Shown: positions 30,044 through 47,047 of the stretch, one piece after another | Numbering within the stretch: the stretch's first letter is position 1 | Layout of the letters: every line of letters begins with the position of its first letter | DNA from: Eledone cirrhosa | Lineage: Eukaryota | Reading direction: 5' to 3' | NCBI GenBank assembly: GCA_964016885.1 | Contig: CAXHJY010001687.1 | Location: 135,281 to 199,280, forward strand | DNA: 64,000 nt | Made by a program: the position numbers and the translations under genes | The notes under the pieces: generated by a model | Seen by the model: the letters and a program-made list of their open reading frames with translations, nothing else | Databases searched by the model: none | Told to the model about the DNA's origin: nothing

Positions 30044-30075
<32 letters not shown>

Positions 30076-30225
30076 TATATATATATTTATATATATTTAT
30101 ATTTATATATATATATTTATATATATTTATATTTATATTTATATATATATTTATATATATATTTATATATATTTATATTTATATATATATTTATATATAT
30201 TTATATATATATTTATATTTATATA

Positions 30226-30742
30226 TAACCCGTCTGTTGAGAACTCTAATTCGATATGTGATATCTTGTATTTTTACAATAATATACACTACTGAATTCA
30301 TTCACCTAGTATAGGGGTTCCCTCCCTTGCTAGACCCCACGTGGATTTAGTAACGGGTTCCCTTGTATTATTGAACTAAACGCCCGTTGAAAAAGTGGTT
30401 TTCTTGTTCATCTTCTTACCAGAAGCCGGATATTTTTTATGTAAGCTGACGGTAACTGATTTAGGAGCCACAGAAACCCAAATGCTGGAATTTACCATCT
30501 TTCCAGGGGGTCCGGGTAAATTTTTCATTCATATATATTTTTATTTGTCTGACCCGAATTTTCTTGGTCGTGTTTTCGGCTGTGCGAATGATTGTTTAAG
30601 CATCGTCTCAGTGTGTTGGTATTTAAACGTTAGTTATATCTCTGGTTTATCCAAACTATTGAGGACTTTGCCACACATTTCGAAGATTGTGTTTCGTTAT
30701 TTCGTGGGCCGAGGTTCCGATTCTCGATAATTTATTTGTATA
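30226..30742 (-). repeat. diverged inverted copy of the 25809 unit
   Basis: reverse complement of ~25810-26320. Confidence 0.8.
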
Positions 30743-30848
30743 CATTTATATATATATTTATATTTATATGTATATTTATATATATATATATATAGATATA
30801 TAGATATTTTATATAGATATTATGTATATATATATTTTATATAGATAT

Positions 30849-31192
30849 TCATCATCATCATCATTTCATTTTACGTCCGCTTTTTCCCTGCTTGCAAGGG
30901 TGGGATGGGAACTGATTCTGGCTTGATTTCTACAGCTGGATGCCCTTCCTGACACCAACCTCATTTACAGTTAGTGCTGGGTGCTTTTTTGCCGTGGCAC
31001 CTACACAACCACTTTGCAGTGGAATGATAGGGACCTCAGACCCTATCATCTCATTTCTACAGCTGAGTAAACTGGAGCAATGTTAAATAAAGTGCCTTGC
31101 TCAAGGAAACAACACATCACCCGGTCTGAGAATTGAACTCACAACCTTTCGATTGCAAGGCCAATGCTCTAACCACTAAGCCATGTGCCTCC
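30849..31192 (-). mobile_element. full-length tRNA-derived SINE (14421 family)
   Basis: reverse complement of 14421-14763. Confidence 0.88.
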
Positions 31193-31262
31193 ATTTTATG
31201 TATGTATATATATATATATATAGGTATTATATATATATATAGATATTATGTATATATATATA

Positions 31263-31714
31263 TGAGTGGGGAGACCCAAGATGACCTGGGATGAGGTGAT
31301 AAAAGCCGACCTTACCCAATTGCACCTCTCAAAGACAATGACACACGACCGTGACTTCTGGCGTCACGCAGTAATACAGAGTACCCGACCTCCCATGGGT
31401 ACAAGCTGAAGCATATAGACAATATGCCCCCACACACCCCTACCGCAAGGTGGTCGTGGAGGTGCCACGGCAAAAAAGCACCCAGCCCACAATGTAAAGT
31501 GGACGTGTAGGCGCCACGAAAAAGCACCCAGCACTCACTGTAAATGAGGTTGGTGTTAGGAAGGGCATCCAGCTGTAGAAATCAAGCCAAATCAGTTCCT
31601 GTATGAGCAAGGCATGGTCAGCCGACCAGACACTGCCCCCAACAGGACAACCCGTCTAACCCATGCTAGCGCGGAAGAACGGACGTAAAACGGTGATGAT
31701 GATGATGATGATGA
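31263..31714 (+). mobile_element. RTE family-A 3' end
   Basis: GRPKMTWDEV, UTR, (ATG)n. Confidence 0.88.
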
Positions 31715-31756
31715 TATATATATAGATATTATATATATATATATATAGATAGATAG

Positions 31757-33424
<1,668 letters not shown>

Positions 33425-33493
33425 TATATATATATATATATATATATTATGAAAGTAAAACAAAGAAGCCTTCAATACATCAAAAGTCTTTAT

Positions 33494-33535
33494 TAGCCAA
33501 CAATGTTTCGTCCTATTAAGGACTCATCAGGGCAA
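33494..33535 (-). ncRNA. minimal hammerhead ribozyme
   Basis: GCC-CTGATGA-GTCC..GGAC-GAAA-CATTG-TT-GGC. Confidence 0.85.
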
Positions 33536-33937
33536 TTAAAACAACAAGAAGTATTATCGGCCAATACAAGCCGGAAACTCCGAAGAATATGGAGTGTACA
33601 TACACTAAAGTATTGCAAGATTATGGGTAAAAATATATAATAAAAATCACTAAGGAGGTGTATAACATTTAGAACCATATTACAAGCAAAAAAACCCTAG
33701 AGCTAAACAAAGGTGGTTATATAGAGCAGGAATTATATATAATACAATATAATATAATATAATATACTTTTACCAATATTAAAATTACAATAAAAATCAA
33801 AAGGTACAATATACATATGTATATATGTACGCACACGTACGCACATATACACATACATCAATACACATATCCATCTTCAACAGCACAAATTAAACCTTAT
33901 TAAGAGTTTAAATATAAATAAGCATGATAGGAATAAA

Positions 33938-34023
<86 letters not shown>

Positions 34024-35315
34024 ATATACCCAATATACATGAGGCAAAAATATTATAATATTATAAGTAGCACATATAATATATAATAAACTATACAATT
34101 ATATACTATATAATATAATAGAATAGATAATCTCCGGTTAATTTACACAAACAATATAGATGTCACAATAATACTATAATAATAATATAATAACATATAT
34201 AATATACAATATATAATGTATAATGGCATTCAAGTTAACAAATCAATTCATATAGAGTTACAGAGTAGGTGAGGAAAAATAAATTGTACAATACCCAAAA
34301 TTATGATGGTACAAAAATATAAACATCTTCCATGATATATAAAGTTTAACATATCACAATGTTACATATAATCAGCGGTAAGTAATAAGGATCGATAGTA
34401 CAGTAACAAATACAATATAAAATAATTAACATAATATAATATATAATTACTTATAATTACAAGGTTGGTAAACAGACATATGTGGATGAGTGAGTAAGGG
34501 CCAGACAGTAAATAGAATGCACAGTAGTATTACAAATAAAATAAAATAAATAAATAGAATCAACCGGAAATTAAAAAACAAAAACAAAAGTATACATTTA
34601 GGTCTCACATGCCGTTAAGTAAAAACTTAGGAAATAACCCCGGTAAATGACTCGAAAACCCTATTTGATAAATTAATATTAAAAATATTTAAAATATCCA
34701 ATAAGGCAATACAATATTAGCTATGGTTTAAGTAATCAAAGTTTATAAACGTTAATATTTCATTACAAATATTTACAAAAAGGAATGAAATTTTCTACTA
34801 TCATATACATAACGATATCTAAAAAACTGACTTAAGCAGAATTATGGTAGGCTAATAGGGACAGAAATAAAGAAATATATGGAGGATACAAAGGAGCATA
34901 AAATCATAGTCAATATACTATATTAAATAATAGAAAGGAGCGTAAAAGAGGGGGGGATTAAATATAATCATAATCTATTTGGAGGGGTTGACAATAATTT
35001 TATGTGCGCATAGGGGGAGGGGGAAGTGGGGGGGGGGGGGGGGTTATCCAAAGAAGAATCCAAATAAAAATAAAAATAAAATAAAATGAAATAAAATGAA
35101 ATAAAATAAAATAATGTAAAATATATAATCAGATATATACTCATAAGGTGTTAATAGTGAAAATTTAATGCGTAAGAAGATAGATATGGCATAGTAGCCA
35201 AAAGATTATGAGAGCTAGAATAAAGAGTTGTCAAAAACCAATGATAATAATGATGATAATAATGGTGGTAAACAAAAAGAACCTAAACTAAAAAATAAGT
35301 AATGGAATATATCAG

Positions 35316-36269
35316 CTAATGGATACAATTTATACTACTAGAACCTTTAGGTTTATAATAAAAGTAAGAATTAGAAATAGCGTGGGGGCAAGAAGAGAAT
35401 ATCTCAGACTTTCTATTAAGTAAGGATTCGCTAGAGAAAATTATAGAGTGTGTCTCGAGGATACAGAGATTACAAAATTTAGTATGTGTAGAAAGGTTAT
35501 TAGAGCGTGCTACTAAACGCCAGTTAAGGCTATATGGTATATTAGCCCCCTTAAGATCCCAGATATAATGTGCTAAAGAAGTAGAATTCTTAAACTTAAC
35601 ATGTTTTAAATTAGAGATATGAGAATTAAACCTAGTCTTAAAAGTGTTAGATGTAGAGCCTATATAAGTTCTATTAGAGGAATTAGTTATAACTACGCAA
35701 GCATAGACAATGTTCATAGAGAGGCAGTTACCGTTTAAAGGGCAGTTAGCACTCACTCTACAGTTACACTTCCGGGTGCTATTGGTTGGCTGAAGTGGTG
35801 ATGCATTACACGTAGGATTGCTATTAGATAAGGTCTGTTCTGGTGGTAAGGCATTTCCAGATCTGTTCAGACTAGTAGTATGTAGAGAGGAGAATCCATC
35901 CCTAATTTTCCTATTGTTAGTGCTAGCTAAATGAGAACTAATATTAGGGGTGGTAGAGAATGAAAGTTTAATAACATTTTTATTAAAAATACTATGGTAT
36001 TTATGAGAAGGGGGGAAATTTTTCTCTAAGATAGAAAAGAAAGACCTAGGGATATTAGTTAATACTTCCTGATTATATGGCGGGTTAAAATAAGTATTTA
36101 GTCTCCTTCTATTTTTATTCTTACCGACTCTACCATTATCTAATATCCCACCATCAAGACTAGGGTTACTACAAAGATTAGTTAAAACCGCATTATTAGA
36201 ATCAGCCAAAATTCCATTAAGTCTATTACTGTTTCTACCTCCAGTAGATCTGCTGCTGTCTGGAATCAC
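35316..36269 (-). CDS. PLE linker plus GIY-YIG endonuclease (partial)
   Basis: FNPPY, FSTTPN, Cys motif, YIG. Confidence 0.82.
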   Translation of the reverse strand: MIPDSSRSTGGRNSNRLNGILADSNNAVLTNLCSNPSLDGGILDNGRVGKNKNRRRLNTYFNPPYNQEVLTNIPRSFFSILEKNFPPSHKYHSIFNKNVIKLSFSTTPNISSHLASTNNRKIRDGFSSLHTTSLNRSGNALPPEQTLSNSNPTCNASPLQPTNSTRKCNCRVSANCPLNGNCLSMNIVYACVVITNSSNRTYIGSTSNTFKTRFNSHISNLKHVKFKNSTSLAHYIWDLKGANIPYSLNWRLVARSNNLSTHTKFCNLCILETHSIIFSSESLLNRKSEIFSSCPHAISNSYFYYKPKGSSSINCIH

Positions 36270-36438
36270 ATCAAAAGGATTAGGGCCAATAATAGGATCA
36301 GTAGAAGCAACATTATTAGAATTACTTTCATAATTCTTCGGCTCTGTTTAATTACATTGAGCTATACCTTTTACTGTCATTTCTATAATACGAAGAGGGT
36401 GTTTAACTCCAACACGCTCCAGTATTTTAACCCTTAAC

Positions 36439-36590
<152 letters not shown>

Positions 36591-36610
36591 GATAGATAGA
36601 TATTATATTA

Positions 36611-37680
36611 TGAGATGGAGGGTCTGTGGTATTTCTCACATCTGGTTGGTCTCTGAATGTTACTTGTTTTATATGGAAAAAGTGGCTCGAAATGCCAGGT
36701 TTTTCGAGAAGTAATTTGATTGGTTTGTCAATAATTATAATAAATTTCGCGCCAGTTCGCGTTACAATAATTCTTCAAATAAGAGGGGGGGGTTGTCACA
36801 GGTTGTTTTTTCATATATGAGTGTTTGAATTTCTTTTTACTTGAAAGAAGGAGGCTCACGAAGGCTTTTTTTTGGTTGGTTATAAATGAAATTATGGCTG
36901 TCACGTGAACAAATGTTCATTAAATTTTTGTGCCCTTATTTGGAAATCCATTCTGTAGCCTTTTTAGAGAATTTTTTGATAACTGAAAGATAATGGTCAA
37001 GAGAAAGGGATGGGAGAATTGTTCTGGTTCAGTGAATATGGTTAGTTCGCTGGGGTGTCAGAATTCAGATTTTCTATTGAATAAAGATATGTGTGTTTAT
37101 TTGTGTGCTTGTGTGTGTGTGCGTGTGTGTGTGTGTGTGTGTTTGAATATCTTTACTTTAAAAAAAGGTGGCTCACCAAGGCTTTTTTTTAATAAACGTG
37201 ATTTGATTGGTTATAAATGAAATTTGACTGTCACGTGAACAAGTTTTCATTACATTTTTGCGCCCTTATTTGGAAAACTATTCTGTAGTCTTTATAGCGA
37301 ATGTTATGACAATGGAAAGATAGTGGTCAAGAGAAATGGGATTGGGAGAATTGTTCTGGTTCAGTGAATATGGTTAGTTGACAAACCAATCAAATTACTT
37401 CTCGAAAAACTTGGCATTTCGAGCCACTTTTTCCATATAAAACAAGTAACATTAAGAGACCAACCAGATGTGAGAAAAACCACAGACCCTCCATCTCAAC
37501 TCACCTTTTGAAAAGCAGAAGAACTGCAAAACCGGTAAAGGAACCAAATAAATATATATATTTTTTTAAAAAATAAGACTCCAGTTGCATTTTCGATTTC
37601 ATCTCTTTTTCTTTATACTTTCACTCGTGTAGGACACCTCGGTTATTTTTCATTTTGTAAAAAAAACCTCACTTTCTAAT
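36611..37680. mobile_element. pLTR-like segment with inverted arms (36611-36730 / 37378-37498) and ~230-bp internal direct repeat
   Basis: HHR at ~37504-37541 with GAAA mutated to AAAA. Confidence 0.7.
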
Positions 37681-38636
<956 letters not shown>

Positions 38637-38976
38637 GAAAAATACTGCAGGTAGCACATGGATAACATGTAATAAAATAAGTCCCTCATCAGTGATTTGC
38701 CGAAGATCATAGATATTTCATTGCATTAAAAATCATATATCTCACGTCGGTGCAATAATAACCAAAATAAGTTATTAGGACAATTAAAACGCGTAGAGCG
38801 AGTGAGACAGGAGAACAACAAAAAGTATAGCTAACCGTAGAGGACAGAAACAAGATTCAAAAATTATTCTGTTTAGCGTAAGCTAGGTGAATATATGAGC
38901 GCTTAGAGAATAGATCCTACACGAACGAAGACTATGAGCAGAGAGAGAAATTATATATATATATATATAGAGAGAG

Positions 38977-39082
<106 letters not shown>

Positions 39083-39139
39083 ATATAGATATATATAGAT
39101 ATTATATATAGATAGATAGATATTATATATATATATATA

Positions 39140-39348
39140 TCATTTCATTTTCATCATTTCATTTTACGTCCGCTTTTCCCTGCTTGCAAGGGTGGGACGG
39201 GAACTGATTCTGGCTTGATTTCTACAGCTGGATGCCCTTCCTAACACCAACCTCATTTGGGTGCTTTTTTGCCGTGGCACCTCCACGACCACTTTGCAGT
39301 GGAATGATAGAGACCCCAGTCCCTATCATCTCACTTCTACAGCTGAGT
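39140..39348 (-). mobile_element. 3' part of 14421-family SINE
   Basis: matches 30854-31068. Confidence 0.82.
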
Positions 39349-40130
39349 ATATATTATATATATTATGTTTATATAATATATATGTATATATTATATATAT
39401 TATGTTTATATAATATATATATATGTATTATATATATATATATTATGTATATATATATATTATGTATATATATATATTATGTATATATATATTATGTATA
39501 TATATATAAATATATATTATGTATATGTATATATATATATGTAAATATTATATATATTATATATATGTATATATATTATATATATGTATATATATTATAT
39601 ATATGTATATATTATATATATGTATGTATATATTATATATATATATATTATATTTATATATATATATATTATATATATATATATTATATATATATATATA
39701 TTATATATATTATATATATATACATTATATACATATATATTATATATATATATTATGTATATATATGTCTATATTATATATATATATTATGTTTCTATAT
39801 ATGTATATATTATGTATATATATGTATATATATATGTAAATATTATGTATATATATGTATATATATATGTATATATATTATGTATATATATGTATATATA
39901 TATGTATATATTATGTATATATATGTATATACATATGTATATATATATGTATATATATATGTATATATTATATATATATATTATGTATATATATATGTAT
40001 ATATTATATATATATATTATGTATATATATATATGTATATATTATGTATATGTATATTAGATATATATATATTATGTATATATATATATATATTATGTAT
40101 ATATATATATTATGTATATATATATATATA

Positions 40131-40196
<66 letters not shown>

Positions 40197-40795
40197 TATA
40201 GAATGCCGTTAGCTTCTTGCTAAAACAATCTCTATACCTATCATTTATATGTATATTGGCAGTATCGGTAGAGGGTTGGATGCCATGCTTTGATGCATAG
40301 AGTTACGGCCCTTGCCATTCTGAGTTCAAATCCCGCCGAGGTTAACTTTGCCTTTCATCCTTACGGGGTCGATAAAATAAAGTACCAGTAATGCACTGGG
40401 TAATTGCTGGCCTTGTGCCAAAAGTAGAAACAAATATTATATATATATATATATTATGGATATATATATATATATATTATGTATATATATATATGTATAT
40501 ATTATATATATATATGTATATTATATATATATATATTATGTATATATATATGTATATATTACATATATATATATGTATATATTATGTATATGTATATATT
40601 ATTTATATATTATGTGTATATATATGTGTATATATTATGTATATATATATATATGTAAATATTATGTATATATATATATATGTAAATATTATGTATATAT
40701 ATATATATTGTGTAAATATTATGTATATATATATATATTAAGTATATATTATATATGTATATATATATATTATGTATATATATATATGTATATAT

Positions 40796-40885
<90 letters not shown>

Positions 40886-41789
40886 GTATATATTATATAT
40901 ATATATATTATGTATATATATGTATATATTATGTATATATATATATATGTATATATCATGTATATATATATGTATATATTATATATATATATTATGTATA
41001 TATATATATACATAATATATACATATATATATATGTATATATTATGTATATATATATATTTATTATGTATATATGTATATGTATATATATGTATATATAT
41101 ATGTATATATTATGTATATATATATGTATATATTATGTATATATACATTATGTATATACATGTATATATTATGTATATATATTTATGGATATATTATGTA
41201 TATATATATATATGTATATATTATGTGTATATATATATATGTATATATTATGTATATATATATGTATATATTATGTATATATATATATATTATGTATATA
41301 TATGTATATATATATATTATGTATATACATGTATATATATGTATATATATACGTGTATATATATATTATATATATATTTATATATTGTATATATATATAT
41401 ATATGTATATATTATATGTATTATGTATATATATTATATATATATATTTATATATTATATATATATGTATATATTATATTTATTATGTATATATATTATA
41501 TATATATATTTATATATTGTATATATATGTATATATTATATGTATTATGTATATATATATATATCTATATATATACATATATATACATAATATATATATA
41601 TATTATGTATATATGCATGTATACATTATATATATACATAATATATATATATATACTTAATATATATATGTATATATTATATATATATTATGTATATATG
41701 TATGTATACATTATATATATATATTATGTATATATGTATGTATATATTATATATATATTATGTATATATGTATATTATGTATATATATA
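39349..41789. repeat. (TA)n with TATTATG interruptions (SINE inserted at ~40255-40433)
   Basis: direct reading. Confidence 0.97.
40255..40433 (+). mobile_element. tRNA-derived SINE (octopus-type)
   Basis: TGGCAGTATCGG A box, GAGTTCAAATCC B box, GCCTTTCATCCTTACGGGGTCGATAAAATAAAGTACCAG central domain. Confidence 0.82.
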
Positions 41790-41974
41790 GGGCGGTGGAT
41801 TGGCAGTATTGGTAAAGGGTCGGACGCCATGCTTTCCAGCATAGTTACGTCCCTTTACGATCCGAGTTCAAATCCCGCCGAGGTTGACTTTGCCTTTCAT
41901 CCTTACGGGGTAGATAAAATAAAGTACCAGTAATGCACTGGGTAATTGCTGGCCTTGTGCCTAAAGTAGAAACA
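41790..41974 (+). mobile_element. second copy of the same SINE
   Basis: collinear with 40255-40433. Confidence 0.85.
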
Positions 41975-42108
41975 ATTATGTATATATGTATGTATACATT
42001 ATATATATATATTATGTATATATGTATGTATACATTATATATATATATTATGTATATATGTATGTATATATTATGTATATATATATATGTATATATTATA
42101 TATATATT

Positions 42109-42516
42109 ATCATCATCATCATCATCACCGTTTTACGTCCGTTCTTCCACGCTAGCATGGGTTAGACGGGTTGTCCTGTTGTGGGCAGTGTCTGGTCGGC
42201 TGACCATGCCTTGTTCATACAGGAACTGATTTGGCTTGATTTCTACAGCTGGATGCCCTTCCTAACACCAACCTTATTTACAGTGAGTGCTGGGTGCTTT
42301 TTCGAGGCGCCTACACATCCACTTTACAGTGTGGGCTGGGTCTTTTTTGCCGTGGCACCTCCACGACCACCTTGCGGTGGGGGTTGTGGGGGGGGGGGGG
42401 GGGGGCATATTGTCTATATGCTTCAGCTTGTACCCATGGGAGGTCGGGTACTCTGTATTACTGCGTGACGCCAGAGGTCACGGTCGTGTGTCATTGCCTT
42501 TGAGAGGTGTAATTGA
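42109..42516 (-). mobile_element. RTE family-A 3' end
   Basis: reverse complement of ~44915-45300. Confidence 0.88.
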
Positions 42517-42669
42517 GTATATATTATGTATTTGGGTATATATACATATATTATGTATATATATATATATATATATGTATATATTATGTTATGTATATGT
42601 ATATATATATATATTATAAATATTATCTATAAGTATATATATATATTATAAATATTATGTATATGTATG

Positions 42670-42704
<35 letters not shown>

Positions 42705-42707
42705 ATG

Positions 42708-42759
<52 letters not shown>

Positions 42760-42766
42760 ATTGTGT

Positions 42767-42797
<31 letters not shown>

Positions 42798-42869
42798 GAT
42801 ATATACATATATATATATATTAATATATATATATAATATATATATATATATATGATATATATATATAAA

Positions 42870-45312
42870 AAATAACTTACTAGAGGCGACGGATGAGGTT
42901 TGTGGCTGGAGTAAGACCTCAAGCAGGAGGAGAGTGACTTGGTGGTGGAACAATAAGGTAGATGAAGCAGTCAAGGCCAAGAGACAGGCATGGAAAGAAT
43001 GGAAGAACGGGGGGAGCAGGGTACATTACATAGAGACCAAGAGGGAAGCTAGGCGACAAGTATACTTAGCTAGGAGGGAAGCAGAGGATAGAAAATTCAA
43101 GCATGTTTTACAACGTGAGGACCAGAAACAGGAGGTATTCAAGATTGCGAGGCAGTGTGTCAGAGATAGTTGTGATGTCATTGGAGAGAAGTGTATCCGG
43201 AATGATAAAGGTGAGCTTGCCCTCACAAGTGCTGAGAAGAAAGATGCATGGAAGAGTCATTATGATAGATTACTAAATGAGGAGAATGCATGGGAAGAAG
43301 AGACCCTACCCCACGTAGACCCTATAGAGGGACCAGCAGTACAAGTCAGCGGCAGCGTAGTAAGTAAGGCAATCAGAGATATGAAGATAGGGAAGGCAAC
43401 CGGTCCATCGGGTATAGCTGCCGAGATGCTGAAGGCATCTGGGTCTGTAGGTCACACTATAACCACACGTATCGTTAACCAGGTAATACTAGAGGGGGCC
43501 ATACCAAAAGATTGGTGCAGTAGCATCATTGTCAACTGCTACAAAGGTAAAGGCGATGCACTAGATAGAGGAAACTATAGAGGTATAAAGTTGATGGACC
43601 AGGTCATGAAAGTAACAGAAAGAGTTATAGCACAGCTGATTAGGGACCGGGTGAATATAGACGAGATGCAATTTGGGTTTGTACCAGGGAAAGGCACCAC
43701 TGATGCCCTCTTCCTTGTGAGGCAATTACAGGAAAAGTACCTAGCTAAAAGTAAGCCACTCTACTTGGCATTTGTCGACCTTGAGAAAGCCTTTGACAGA
43801 GTTCCACATGCAGTAATCTGGTGGGCTCTTAGAAAACTAGGAGTAGATGAATGGCTTGTGAAAGCGGTACAAGCCATGTATAGGGGAGCAGTCAGCAAAG
43901 TTAGGATTGGCAATGAGTATAGCGAGGAATTTAGCGTACAGGTTGGGGTCCACCAGGGCTCTGTTCTTAGCCCTCTCCTGTTCATTATAGTCCTGCAGGC
44001 AATAACGGAGGAGTTTAAGACCGGATGCCCATGGGAACTCCTGTATGCTGATGACCTCGCACTCATAGCTGAATCTATGGTAGAACTAGAGAATAAATTC
44101 CAAACCTGGAAGCAGGGACTAGAGAGAAAGGGCCTCAAAGTCAACATGACAAAGACTAAGGTCCTTATAAGTAGACGAGAAAACAGAACCCAGATCCCCT
44201 CAGGGAAATGGCCTTGCTCAGTATGTAGGAAAGGTGTAGGTAGGAACTCCATTCTCTGCCCCAAATGCAAACAATGGGTACACAAGAGATGTAGCGGGAT
44301 CTCAGGAAGCTTAATTAAGAATGTAGGATTCACATGCAGCAGCTGTGCTGAAACAGCAAGCAAACAGCCACAGGAAACAAGTACCACCAATCTCTGGGAG
44401 GGCCCTGTAGAAACAGTAGACAGCTTCTGCTACCTAGGTGACCGAATTAGCAACGGAGGTGGGTGCTCAGAAAGTACAATAACTAGGGTAAGAACGGGAT
44501 GGAAGAAGTTTAGGGAACTACTACCACTGCTAGCTGCAAAAGGCTTCTCCCTCAGAATGAAAGGCAGACTGTATGATGCGTGTATCCGAACAGCGATGTT
44601 GCATGGTAGTGAGACCTGGGCGCTGAAGGTGGAAGACTTACGTAGATTAGAGAGAAACGAAGCCTGCATGCTCCGATGGATGTGTAACAGTAATATACGT
44701 GAACGACAAAGCATAAATGAATTGAGAGAGAGACTGAGCATAAGAGGAATCAAATGCTGCGTGCAGGAGAGGCGGTTACGCTGGTATGGACATGTGATGC
44801 GTATGAAGGATGACAGCTGCATAAAAAGGTGCAGAGCACTAGAAGTTGATGGAAACCGCGGAGTGGGGAGACCCAAGATGACTTGGGATGAGGTGATAAA
44901 AGCCGACCTTACCCAACTACACCTCTCAAAGTCAATGACACACGACCGTGACTTCTGGCGTCACGCAGTAATACAGGGTACCCGACCTCCCATGGGTACA
45001 TGCTGAAGCATATAAACAATATGCCCCCCCCCCCCCACCGCAAGGTGGTCGTGGAGGTGCCACGGCAAAAAAGCACCCAGCCCACACTGTAAAGTGGACG
45101 TGTAGGCGCCACGAAAAAGCACCCAGCACTCACTGTAAATGAGGTTGGTGTTAGGAAGGGCATCCAGCTGTAGAAATCAAGCCAGATCAGTTCCTGTATG
45201 AGCAAGGCATGGTCAGCCGACCAGACACTGCCCACAACAGGACAACCCGTCTAACCCATGCTAGCGTGGAAGAACGGACGTAAAACGGTGATGATGATGA
45301 TGATGATGATGA

Positions 45313-45314
<2 letters not shown>
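42870..45314 (+). mobile_element. 5'-truncated RTE family-A LINE
   Basis: open RT ORF, 3' UTR, (ATG)n tail. Confidence 0.95.
42934..45006 (+). CDS. RTE reverse transcriptase with PHD-like Cys/His insert (no endonuclease domain)
   Basis: WWWN, NYRGI, QFGF, FVDLEKAFD, GVHQGSVLSP, YADD, CSVC..CPKC..H..C..CSSC, RRLRWYGH. Confidence 0.93.
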   Translation: MTWWWNNKVDEAVKAKRQAWKEWKNGGSRVHYIETKREARRQVYLARREAEDRKFKHVLQREDQKQEVFKIARQCVRDSCDVIGEKCIRNDKGELALTSAEKKDAWKSHYDRLLNEENAWEEETLPHVDPIEGPAVQVSGSVVSKAIRDMKIGKATGPSGIAAEMLKASGSVGHTITTRIVNQVILEGAIPKDWCSSIIVNCYKGKGDALDRGNYRGIKLMDQVMKVTERVIAQLIRDRVNIDEMQFGFVPGKGTTDALFLVRQLQEKYLAKSKPLYLAFVDLEKAFDRVPHAVIWWALRKLGVDEWLVKAVQAMYRGAVSKVRIGNEYSEEFSVQVGVHQGSVLSPLLFIIVLQAITEEFKTGCPWELLYADDLALIAESMVELENKFQTWKQGLERKGLKVNMTKTKVLISRRENRTQIPSGKWPCSVCRKGVGRNSILCPKCKQWVHKRCSGISGSLIKNVGFTCSSCAETASKQPQETSTTNLWEGPVETVDSFCYLGDRISNGGGCSESTITRVRTGWKKFRELLPLLAAKGFSLRMKGRLYDACIRTAMLHGSETWALKVEDLRRLERNEACMLRWMCNSNIRERQSINELRERLSIRGIKCCVQERRLRWYGHVMRMKDDSCIKRCRALEVDGNRGVGRPKMTWDEVIKADLTQLHLSKSMTHDRDFWRHAVIQGTRPPMGTC

Positions 45315-45355
<41 letters not shown>

Positions 45356-45405
45356 ATATATATATATATATATATATATGATATATATATATATATATAT
45401 ATATA

Positions 45406-46145
<740 letters not shown>

Positions 46146-46160
46146 GTAGTAAATTACACT

Positions 46161-46225
<65 letters not shown>

Positions 46226-46229
<4 letters not shown>

Positions 46230-46450
46230 GGAGGTGAGTTTTATTGTAGTACAATAAAGCAATGCAGATATCGGATAAGTAGCACTCTACAGTTTGTATG
46301 ACTGGAGTATAAATAATATAAATAATATATAAGATCATGTCTCCCTATTTTATCTTACGAAAACGCAAATGATATCGCATGATGATATTTGTTTTTGAAA
46401 TGCGCATAATAAAATACATGGAACTCTTTCAACCATCTTTTGTTCTTATA
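46226..46450. mobile_element. short two-ended insertion of the 52588 family
   Basis: inverted tail 46226-46337 plus sense piece with mutated HHR core (CTTACGA). Confidence 0.75.
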
Positions 46451-46553
46451 TATTATATATATATATATATATACATAATATATATATATAATATATACAT
46501 ATATATATACATATTATATACATATATAATATATATATATATATATATACATA

Positions 46554-46590
<37 letters not shown>

Positions 46591-46594
46591 ATAC

Positions 46595-46630
<36 letters not shown>

Positions 46631-46710
46631 ATATATATATATAATATATACATATATAATATATACATATATATATACATATATATATATATACATATAT
46701 ATATATACAT

Positions 46711-46929
46711 AATTGTTTCTACTTTTGGCACAAGGTCAGCAATTATTCCAGTGCATTACTGGTACTTTATTTTATCGACCACGACCACCTTGCGGTTGGG
46801 GTTGTGGGGGCATATTGTCTATATGCTTCAGCTTGTACCCATGGGAGGTCGGGTACTCTGTATTACTGTGTGACGCCAGAGGTCACGGTCGTGTGTCATT
46901 GCCTTTGAGAGGTGTAATTGGGTAAGGTC
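46711..46929 (-). mobile_element. chimera: RTE-A 3' fragment joined to SINE tail
   Basis: 46711-46778 is reverse complement of the SINE end; 46779-46929 matches 42361-42515. Confidence 0.75.
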
Positions 46930-46945
46930 TATATATGTATATATC

Positions 46946-46976
<31 letters not shown>

Positions 46977-47047
46977 ACACAATATATATATATAATATAT
47001 ATATATATATACATATACATAATATATATCTAATATATATATATATA

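Noticed and set aside
38637-38945. Hammerhead at minus-strand CTGATGAG (~38685-38692)
   Set aside because: No GAAA half or closing stem before the TA tract; segment left unclassified
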